Assembly: GCA_039024555.1 (NCBI GenBank)
Contig: JBCCQQ010000003.1
Coordinates: 128,001 to 192,000 of the forward strand
Direction of reading: 5' to 3'
DNA from: Cyanobacteria bacterium P01_D01_bin.156
Lineage (GTDB): Bacteria > Cyanobacteriota > Cyanobacteriia > Phormidesmidales > Phormidesmidaceae
Length of the DNA stretch: 64,000 nt
Shown: in pieces, positions 1 through 7,793 of the stretch
Numbering within the stretch: the stretch's first letter is position 1
Layout: every line of letters starts with the position of its first letter
Translations under genes and position numbers: made by a program
The notes under the pieces: model-generated
Databases searched by the model: none
Seen by the model: the letters and a program-made list of their open reading frames with translations, nothing else
Told to the model about the DNA's origin: nothing

Positions 1-2081
1 AACAACAGACACTGGGAAACCTCAATTTCAATAAAGAAAGAGTCTTGGTAGTCGTTCAACCAGATTGGCATCACGGTGTTATTGGCATTGTGGCGTCACG
101 ACTGGTAGAGCGCTACGGTGTACCGGTCTTTATTGGCACCTATGAAGATAAAAGTCAGAAAGAGATTCGTGGTTCAGCCCGAGGCATTCCAGAATTCAAT
201 GTGTTTGAAGCCTTGCAAGCCTGTGATGACTTGTTGGATAAATATGGCGGACACCGAGCCGCAGGAGGATTTAGTTTCTCGACACGCAATCTACGACAAG
301 TAACCGCAAGACTGAGCCATTTTGCCTGTCAACAACTACAGCCAGATCACTTAAAACCCTTGGTCAACATCGATGTAGAAGCAAATCTGGCGGACATTGG
401 TTTTACTCTTTATGAACAAATTGACGGACTTCATCCCTGTGGCATCCAAAACAATGAACCTGTTTTTTGGACCTCTATGGTGAACGTGCTGGAGCAACAA
501 ATCATCGGCAAAGATCGTAAGCACTTAAAACTGACTCTCTCCCACACCCATCCAGAAACCTATGAGGTGACATCCATTAAGGCAATTGCTTGGCGATGGG
601 CTGAATACCATCCGTTACCCCACCAAATAGATATTGCCTATAAAATTCGACTTAATGAGTGGCAGGGGCAGCGATCAATAGAATTAGAACTGTTGGGAGT
701 CAAGCCATCGGTTCCAAGCTTGTCTGTGCCAGACGGAACTCTGCAACCACGGTCGGAGAGTACTCGTCAAAAAACAGCTTTGGAGAATTTAGATCCAACC
801 CTGTCTGTCGCTCAAAAACCATCCCCTACTTTACCGGGTTTATTACCTCAAACATCTAGCCTCAAGGTCACTGAGGCATATGCAGGTCAAGAATTATCAG
901 CCTATGCCGACACATCCACAGCAGATGGAACCCATGCAGAATTTTTCTACGACAAGCGACGTTACGTCAGTAGCTTAGATCAAACCAAAGCATCTCAAGA
1001 GCTCAAGATTCGGAATGTTGAAGGTCAACTGTTAGTCGTGCAGTTAGCTCAACGATGGGGTATGTTATACGTTCCTGGCAGCTCTGGCGAAGTCGTGGAT
1101 TTATCTGACAGTCATTATTTCAACCTGCTCAGGGCTGGCCTTAACGCCTTAGAACTCAAACAAAAAACGAGTGTTCTGATGCATAAGGATGAACTATTAG
1201 CAGAAAAAGATGAGCTGCTGGCAGAAAAAGATAGCCACATTACTAAACTCAATCAACAAATTCAAATTTTAGAGGACAAGATCGTTCAGCTATCAGAGGA
1301 AAAGCAAACAGCGTTTCACACGTTGCAAACTGAGTTACAACAACAGCAAACTGCGATCGCACATCAAGAAGCTCATATCGTACAGCTTCAAACCCAACCC
1401 CTGGAGCAGCAGGAGCCACCTGATCCCAACATCATTAAGCAAGAAGTACGTAACGTGCTTGGAGATAGCGTTTGGTTTTGCATCCAATCCGATTCCCAGA
1501 AAGATATCTGTGCCGCTTACCGCCATGCCCACATGCTGACCTCAGATGGAGCTGATCCCGATATTACCGACTACTCAGCAGCGGGGATCCGGTTATGTCG
1601 AGCTGTGGAAAGAGAAGTCATGGAGCCCTTTTTCACCGATCTCTACGACTTTGTTCGGTTAGAAGGGCTATCCACTATTGCAAACATTGAACTAGGCCCC
1701 CATCAAGGCTATACCCTTGGTCTGATGCCGATGTTGCTATTAGCAGACCAATGGCGAACCCTAAAGCAAAACGCCTTGAAACAGCCCCAGGCGGTACCCG
1801 ACAAGCAGCTTTACTACACATTTAAGACCTCTACAGTGCTCAGCGACCGCGATCGCAATTTGCTAGTTGAATTTTTTGAGCAATGGGAACACCCCATGGC
1901 ACGTTGCTTTAGAGAAAAAGCGAAACAGGCAGCAGCCAGTTTGGACCAGCTCTCTCGTTTACAACAGATTGCAGAGCATGGAGATTGCTTTTTATATCCA
2001 TGGCACTACGGACTATTTTGCCAGCTGGTAGTCGGAGGAGACCAGCGACGAGGCTTATTTCGGCAGATTTACGGTGGATAA
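1..2081 (+). CDS. recJ: ssDNA exonuclease RecJ (5'-truncated by window) with long C-terminal extension (coiled coil + HEPN-like domain)
   Basis: WHHGVIGIVASRLVE, GSARG and GGHRAAGG DHHA1 motifs, then the OB-fold region; frame open from window start. Confidence 0.93.
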   Translation, partial: QQTLGNLNFNKERVLVVVQPDWHHGVIGIVASRLVERYGVPVFIGTYEDKSQKEIRGSARGIPEFNVFEALQACDDLLDKYGGHRAAGGFSFSTRNLRQVTARLSHFACQQLQPDHLKPLVNIDVEANLADIGFTLYEQIDGLHPCGIQNNEPVFWTSMVNVLEQQIIGKDRKHLKLTLSHTHPETYEVTSIKAIAWRWAEYHPLPHQIDIAYKIRLNEWQGQRSIELELLGVKPSVPSLSVPDGTLQPRSESTRQKTALENLDPTLSVAQKPSPTLPGLLPQTSSLKVTEAYAGQELSAYADTSTADGTHAEFFYDKRRYVSSLDQTKASQELKIRNVEGQLLVVQLAQRWGMLYVPGSSGEVVDLSDSHYFNLLRAGLNALELKQKTSVLMHKDELLAEKDELLAEKDSHITKLNQQIQILEDKIVQLSEEKQTAFHTLQTELQQQQTAIAHQEAHIVQLQTQPLEQQEPPDPNIIKQEVRNVLGDSVWFCIQSDSQKDICAAYRHAHMLTSDGADPDITDYSAAGIRLCRAVEREVMEPFFTDLYDFVRLEGLSTIANIELGPHQGYTLGLMPMLLLADQWRTLKQNALKQPQAVPDKQLYYTFKTSTVLSDRDRNLLVEFFEQWEHPMARCFREKAKQAAASLDQLSRLQQIAEHGDCFLYPWHYGLFCQLVVGGDQRRGLFRQIYGG

Positions 2082-2351
2082 CCTTGAGCAGGTCATAGCG
2101 TTCTAATGAACCCTGTGGATAACTTCAAAAAGGTCAAATCGCTTCATATAAGCAGAAATAGGACGAAATTTAAAAATAGCTAAAATTTTTGAAGTCCAAT
2201 ACTCTGAGCACTTTCAGCAGTCTGATAGGTCATAGCGCTTTAGCATAAATCAGCCATAACCGTAACCAACATTTAGCACTTTCAAGCATTTTCCACATAC
2301 TTTTCCACAGGGTTTTCCACAGGACACTCAAGTTTTTAACAGGTTGGATAA
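2073..2351. promoter_or_regulatory. DnaA-box cluster, candidate replication origin
   Basis: TGTGGATAA 2114-2122; TTTTCCACA at 2289, 2301, 2313; degenerate boxes at 2073, 2333, 2343; AT-rich tract 2166-2190. Confidence 0.65.
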
Positions 2352-2778
2352 TTTGCTACGTAGGCTCCGTAATTGTTTCCAAGAATAAAATTTATTTTGG
2401 TTGCATTACGCAGGAAACTAGAAATTCATGTGCCGCGCAAGTACAGCCACTGGCACAGACATACGTTATCCCATGGCTAAACCGGTTAAATATTTTTCTG
2501 ATAATTCTGGCTCTATTAAATATTTTTGATGAAAGTGATGCTGCCATATGTCGGTATATCGCATTAAACCGGGGAAGCTAAAGCTGTGAGTCACAATACA
2601 TAAGTATTCACAGTGATATATGGGCTACCAACTCTCCATACATCAATAGTAATCTGGGATTGGGCTTCATGAGTATGGCATGAATTTTACGTATATTCCC
2701 TGCCTAGATTATTCAATTTTGTATAACTAAGCTAATGGTCGTCCTACGTACTGCTGCCTTTAAAGAACACAGATTTCT

Positions 2779-3936
2779 ATGATGAGTGGTCAAGTCATTG
2801 ACGCAAATAGTAGCAGTTTGCCTAGTGACAGCAGCGACTGCTATCACAATGAACTTAGGATTTGCGATCGCATCATCAAACGCTATCCATCTCATTACCA
2901 AGCCTGGAACTATCGTAGTTACCTCTTAGCGAGCACAGGACAATATCAAGCAGCCGCTGAAAGCTATCGGCACACCCTATCTCTGAAAGCAACGGAACAC
3001 CGCGTATGGTGTAACTATGGTGCCGTCCTTGAAAAGCTGGGCAACTTGAATGAGGCAGTAGGGTGCTATGACCGTGCCCTTAGAGAAAACTCTTCATACT
3101 TCAAAGCCCAATATCGAAAGAGCAAGAATCTACATCGCAGATCCCTATATGACGAAGCCGTCGTGAGTTACGAGCAAGCAATTCAGCTGCGTCCTGATTT
3201 TTATAAGGTTTGGTATTACCGTGGCAAAGCATTATCAAAGCTGAATCGTATCGACCAAGCAATCTCTAGCTTTCAAAGAGCAGTACAGATTTATGACGGC
3301 GATAGTAAGCTATGGACCACTTTGGGCCGTACCCTATTACAGACACAGCAACCTAAAGAAGCTTTAAAAGCATTCAACCACTCTCTGCATCTCAATCCCA
3401 AGAATGGTGATACCTGGAGTTATCAGGCATCAGCACTTAAGTCTTTAGGAAAACTAGAAGACGCCATTACTAGTTTAGAAAAAGCCATTGCACTAGAACC
3501 AGGCAGATTTCGGTTTTGGTACTTACGTGGATTAATGCTCTTAGACTTGGAGCAGTTTAAGACCGCAGAAGAAAACTTTATTAGAGCCCTTAAACTTCAG
3601 GCATATAACTATCAAGCGTGGCTGGCCATGGGCTGGACATTGCAGAAAATGGCAGACTACAAGCGCGCCATCGAAGCATATGATAAGGCCCTGGCCATAG
3701 AACCAGATCAGCCATTTGCGTTCTATAACCAAGCCCGCTGCCATGCTCAGTTGGGGCAAGATACATGGGCACTAGAGCACTTGCGGCGCGCAATGTCCTT
3801 GAACCCTGACATCTACACAGAGAGAGCTAACGCCGACCCAGCCCTACAGACTATCCTGCAGGATATCGATAATGATGACAGCAGTGATGACGAGTTTGAA
3901 GAACCAGAGACTGGCCCTTTCATAACTCCGAACTAG
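2779..3936 (+). CDS. TPR repeat protein with acidic tail
   Basis: About 9 TPR-like repeats (W.YRG.AL..L...EA...Y..A). Confidence 0.9.
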   Translation: MMSGQVIDANSSSLPSDSSDCYHNELRICDRIIKRYPSHYQAWNYRSYLLASTGQYQAAAESYRHTLSLKATEHRVWCNYGAVLEKLGNLNEAVGCYDRALRENSSYFKAQYRKSKNLHRRSLYDEAVVSYEQAIQLRPDFYKVWYYRGKALSKLNRIDQAISSFQRAVQIYDGDSKLWTTLGRTLLQTQQPKEALKAFNHSLHLNPKNGDTWSYQASALKSLGKLEDAITSLEKAIALEPGRFRFWYLRGLMLLDLEQFKTAEENFIRALKLQAYNYQAWLAMGWTLQKMADYKRAIEAYDKALAIEPDQPFAFYNQARCHAQLGQDTWALEHLRRAMSLNPDIYTERANADPALQTILQDIDNDDSSDDEFEEPETGPFITPN

Positions 3937-3968
3937 GAGCAAGGAGCGCTCAAAGCATCTATAAAAAA

Positions 3969-4041
3969 TGGAGCTAAGCGGGCTCGAACCGCTGACCCCC
4001 TGCATGCCATGCAGGTGCTCTACCAGCTGAGCTATAGCCCC
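3969..4041 (-). tRNA. tRNA-Ala(GGC)
   Basis: Reverse complement GGGGCTATAGCTCAGCTGGTAGAGCACCTGCATGGCATGCAGG...GGTTCGAGCCC...TAGCTCCA; folds as cloverleaf with anticodon GGC. Confidence 0.97.
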
Positions 4042-4358
4042 ACGCTTTAGTAATAATCTCTTGCAAAGGAACTATCGTCAAGGGGGTCGAGCAATTCATA
4101 TTCCTTACAGTCAAAGACCATAATTCAATATTCTCTTCCAGAGTAGAAGCGTTTTTGACCATCCGCCAATCCAGTTTGTATTCCAATAACTCATCAAATA
4201 TAATTTGAGCATTAGGAATTAATGCATCAATTGGGTCAAACAGTTTTTCATGAAAAGTCAGTCTTCAGAAACAAAGGGTATTCTTAAAGACTGACTCCAA
4301 TTTGACAAAAGCGTCTCAACTTAAATGACTCAAAAATCTTGTATTAGACTTGTTGCGG

Positions 4359-4592
4359 TCAGAAAAGTTTGTTGCCTCCAGAGATATAATTTTTAACCAT
4401 CTCAATTACCTGAGTAAGTACAACTCCAAATACAGCAAATGCAGTTTGATCTATTAGTTGCTGTAGTCGCTTGTCGTCTCCGGCCTGGATTGCTCTTTCG
4501 ACTTTCTTTTTAAATTGGCTGTCTCTGCTTGCTTGGTAACGAATCGCGTCCAACAGCTCTTCCTCATTATAGTCTAGCCTATTATCGGACAT
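4359..4592 (-). CDS. Small helical protein (77 aa), paralog of 4656-4877
   Basis: AGGAG RBS before ATG 4592; DYNEEELLDAI...FGVVLTQVIEMV. Confidence 0.75.
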   Translation of the reverse strand: MSDNRLDYNEEELLDAIRYQASRDSQFKKKVERAIQAGDDKRLQQLIDQTAFAVFGVVLTQVIEMVKNYISGGNKLF

Positions 4593-4655
4593 GGACTTAC
4601 TCCTGGTTAACATCAATCTGACTCTAGAAGGTTCTGTAGCACGTGCGACTATAAC

Positions 4656-4877
4656 TTAACTCAAGATCCCTCTGGAGATTAGCTCTCGAACAACAGCAAT
4701 AACTACATGAGTGATAATCTGCCCAAAATTTCTCATACTGATTTTCTCAGAGAGTTTTTTAAGTAAACTCTTATTCTTCTCTCTCTTCGCCTCTTCCAGT
4801 TCTTGTTTGAGTTTGGCATTTCTTTTTGCCTCTGCTTTGATAGCTTGCAGGAGTTCTTCTTTGCTGTAATCATCCAT
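4656..4877 (-). CDS. Small helical protein (73 aa), paralog of 4359-4592
   Basis: GGAGG RBS inside the GTPase 3' end; DYSKEELLQAI...FGQIITHVVIAVV. Confidence 0.8.
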   Translation of the reverse strand: MDDYSKEELLQAIKAEAKRNAKLKQELEEAKREKNKSLLKKLSEKISMRNFGQIITHVVIAVVRELISRGILS

Positions 4878-4879
4878 AA

Positions 4880-5881
4880 CTAACCTCCAATTTTATTCAA
4901 GTCAAAAACAACTTTTTGCTTATCCATATCAAAAATAAGCATGTTACACATCCGTTGAGCATGGGAAAAAGCAAGGTTGTTCATCGTATCTTCGTGGATG
5001 AACTGATTGAATCGGCCAATTGCTTCTTTGCCAAGCTTATTGACAATCACTAGCATCAAATAACTGAGATTAAATCTAAATCGGGAAGAGCATGGAATTA
5101 CCTCATAATTGTGGCTTAGGCGTTCAAAAACATCGGCATGGTTGGGATATTTGGATTGAAGCTCCGCTAGATCAAAGTCGAAGATTTTGCCAGTGTAGGT
5201 TATTTCAAATTCATCCACAGTGAAATTGGGATGCTCAATCGAGAATTCCTGATCTTGGTCATTATCCCGATAGGTGCTTGACTTCAAGCTATTCTCATAG
5301 GGGCGAATTAAAATATCTCGATAGTACTGCTGCTTGCGGTCTATGACTTTTGTTGTTGCCTTTCCTGGGGTAAAAAAGCCGTTTTTACCAGTTTTTGCAA
5401 AAATCCATGGAGAGTGGGTGAGTAAATCAACCTTTGTCATGACAAAGGTAATTTTGTTCAACAGTTGTGTCTTTTGGTTTTCTTGAAAAGAGTTGAGGAT
5501 CTTATCTAAGGATTCTAAGTCGAAATAAACAGCTCGACTATCTGCATGAATTGCCCACAGAACGACATCGGACTCTAGCAGCTTTTCTTTATATGCCTCC
5601 ATATATTCAGCATCTTTTTTGTCAGATTCTCCGATACCGGGAAGGTCATAGAACCAGAGCTCATGGCCTTCAGAGCCCTGGGCTATTACTTTTTCAATGT
5701 CTTTGGTACATGGCTGCACATCATCAACGGGCAAATCCACATTAAATAGAGCATTGATCAGTGATGTCTTACCTACTCCGGTTTGTCCCATGATAGAAAC
5801 AACTAAGGGTTTACTAATCTCTTCGCGTATCGCTTTTTCGACCGCATTTTTTAGAATTTCAACGTCTTTGACTAGGGACAT
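4880..5881 (-). CDS. Era/YfjP-like (MMR_HSR1-type) GTPase
   Basis: G1 GQTGVGKTS, G2 CT, G3 DLPG, G4 TKVD; GAGG RBS. Confidence 0.88.
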   Translation of the reverse strand: MSLVKDVEILKNAVEKAIREEISKPLVVSIMGQTGVGKTSLINALFNVDLPVDDVQPCTKDIEKVIAQGSEGHELWFYDLPGIGESDKKDAEYMEAYKEKLLESDVVLWAIHADSRAVYFDLESLDKILNSFQENQKTQLLNKITFVMTKVDLLTHSPWIFAKTGKNGFFTPGKATTKVIDRKQQYYRDILIRPYENSLKSSTYRDNDQDQEFSIEHPNFTVDEFEITYTGKIFDFDLAELQSKYPNHADVFERLSHNYEVIPCSSRFRFNLSYLMLVIVNKLGKEAIGRFNQFIHEDTMNNLAFSHAQRMCNMLIFDMDKQKVVFDLNKIGG

Positions 5882-5969
5882 GGTTTTTCCTCAATGTGTG
5901 GTGTGTTGGCTAGACTTAATCGGGACATGTGAATGTCATTTATTTGCAATGTAGTAAAGGCCATTATTC

Positions 5970-6248
5970 TTAACCAAAAAGCACAAGAATGAGAATAACG
6001 GTCAGCATAAACAGGAACACAAAATTAACGTCTGGATACTTTGGCTTTGTTTTTTTTCGACGAGCTTCTAACGGATTTTGCGAAAAATCACAGAGAAGAC
6101 ATCGATAGTGTTTTCCTTTCTGCAGCAGTGTATGTTCTTCGCATTTTGGACATTGATGTAGAATAAGAATGCTCGATTTTTCGATGTCTTCTAATCGGAG
6201 AGTAGGTTGATTCTGATTCTGAGAGAGTTTAGATTGACTCATGGTCAT
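5970..6248 (-). CDS. Small Zn-ribbon protein with C-terminal TM helix
   Basis: CPKC...CLLC, basic patch, then VNFVFLFMLTVILILVLFG. Confidence 0.75.
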   Translation of the reverse strand: MTMSQSKLSQNQNQPTLRLEDIEKSSILILHQCPKCEEHTLLQKGKHYRCLLCDFSQNPLEARRKKTKPKYPDVNFVFLFMLTVILILVLFG

Positions 6249-6307
6249 TGAGTTTCAGAAGTGTGAAACTGTAATCTGCTTAAAAAATAGCAGGTGAAAT
6301 TCTCTGC

Positions 6308-6353
6308 CATTACTGAACCATCAACAGGTTGGTTAGTTGATGGTTCAGTAATG
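6308..6353. terminator. Perfect 18-bp inverted repeat
   Basis: CATTACTGAACCATCAAC-N10-GTTGATGGTTCAGTAATG. Confidence 0.55.
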
Positions 6354-6629
6354 ACACTAAGACTTTAGGCAGCTAGATATTTGGTGTAACAGACACCTGA
6401 CGCTTAGGCTCCTAGACAGTTGTTGCCAGGAAGCTTAGGTATCTGTTTCAAATCATGACTGTTTGTTCCCTACCATCCATTCTCAGTCCAAGACTGAGGC
6501 AATGGGTTGGCGTAGTTCCCTTAAGTCGTATTTGCCAAGCTATCGTGACTCCACAAGCTATTGTGCTCGTTAATGTACTTGTCATTTTGAGTGATGCAAG
6601 TATTCATCTCCCAAGTGAACATGGCGACC

Positions 6630-6887
6630 TTAAAGAGGAGTAATTACAAGCTTGAGGTTTTGACGTCCAACAACTTGGACATAATCGCCAGGAACAAGAT
6701 CAAAATCGCCTTGAGAAATTGCATGCCAGTAAACGCCGTGAAGCTTTACTCTGCATTCTTTGTATGAGGCAAATACCTCATCTACGATTCCTTGTTCTAG
6801 ATGATTGTTAGGGTGTTGGTTAAACAACATGGCTCTTGATCCGTTTAATAGGGGTTTAGGTGAGATAAAACGCCAAAAGTTTTTCAC
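6630..6887 (-). CDS. Short NfeD-like (C-terminal OB-fold) protein
   Basis: GIVDE...RVKLHGVYWHA...PGDYVQVVGRQNLKLVITP pattern. Confidence 0.8.
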   Translation of the reverse strand: MKNFWRFISPKPLLNGSRAMLFNQHPNNHLEQGIVDEVFASYKECRVKLHGVYWHAISQGDFDLVPGDYVQVVGRQNLKLVITPL

Positions 6888-7259
6888 ACTTATAGTCTAG
6901 ACGCATCACTTGAAATGGATTCATGCAGATACGCCTGCAAAAGCAACTGCATGCTTTGCAGTAGAGTTAAGTCTCACTGCTTCCTGTGCCATTGATATAG
7001 AGAAAACTCTTGCTATTCTGAGAATCTGGATGCCAATGACACCACAACACTCTGATTGAGAGTGCTCTTGGAGAGTGAATCTTTTGACTACAAAACTTTG
7101 CTGGAGATAACTATGAGAGTATTGCGTAAACAGCATGACTCATCTTCCATTTAATGATGCTGTAAGTGAGTTGAACTGCGTAAAAAGTTCTCTCACATTT
7201 ATAGTCTAGACGCATCACTTGAAATAGATTCATGCAAATACACCTGCAAAAGCAACTGC
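6884..7259. repeat. 67-bp direct repeat (6884-6950 and 7193-7259), 309-bp period
   Basis: TCACA(C/T)TTATAGTCTAGACGCATCACTTGAAAT(G/A)GATTCATGCA...GCAAAAGCAACTGC, 4 mismatches. Confidence 0.95.
6965..7196 (-). pseudogene. Decayed duplicate of the NfeD-like gene
   Basis: Follows repeat copy 2; LNGR*VMLFTQYSHSYLQQSFVVKRF aligns with LNGSRAMLFNQHPNNHLEQGIVDEVF; GGTGTCATTGGCAT vs GGCGTTTACTGGCAT (1-nt loss in GVYWH). Confidence 0.65.
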
Positions 7260-7637
7260 TGGTTTTGCCGTAGTTCTGGACAAGAACTTTCTGCTCCTTA
7301 GACGAGCATCATAAGTCGCTATAGTACCGCTAGCACCGTTAGGACAAAGCTATAACGGTATTTCGTTTGTTGGCAAGCAGGATAGTTTTCCTCAGTAGCC
7401 TAAAGTAAATGGCGCAGCCTACAAAAGGAGCACAAAACTAAAGCGGGACACTTCCTTTAAGCATTTGGACTACTCTGGCAGGAGCATAACGCTCTATGGG
7501 ATGCAATTTCTTTGCAGTTTCTGACTTTTTCCCTATCAAGAATTTCCTAGATTAAGTTATGTATGCCTCTCAAATTTGGTATTACAGAGCGTAGCAAGCT
7601 AACTTCGACAGTGCTATAGATTCATGATCAGTAACTA

Positions 7638-7653
7638 TGTAGCATAAGCTACA
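7638..7653. promoter_or_regulatory. TGTA-N8-TACA palindrome (NtcA-type site or local operator)
   Basis: TGTAGCATAAGCTACA in the divergent intergenic region. Confidence 0.45.
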
Positions 7654-7793
7654 CTTGCAAGACTTTTCTGCGTATTTTGATAGGTCCTATTCTGTATAAA
7701 GTGTAAAAAAATATGTCTCCGTATGTCCTAAAGCCTGACAATAATCTGATAACTAATAAGTAAGCATCAAGTCTACCGCTCTTAATTTTTGGA

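Noticed and set aside
3974..4262. Minus-strand ORF running into tRNA-Ala (frame open back to ~4262 without a good start)
   Set aside because: Overlaps the tRNA and its likely promoter; at most an unassignable gene remnant
6884..7259. CRISPR array or IS ends
   Set aside because: Only two long direct copies, the spacer is gene-derived, and there is no cas or transposase gene
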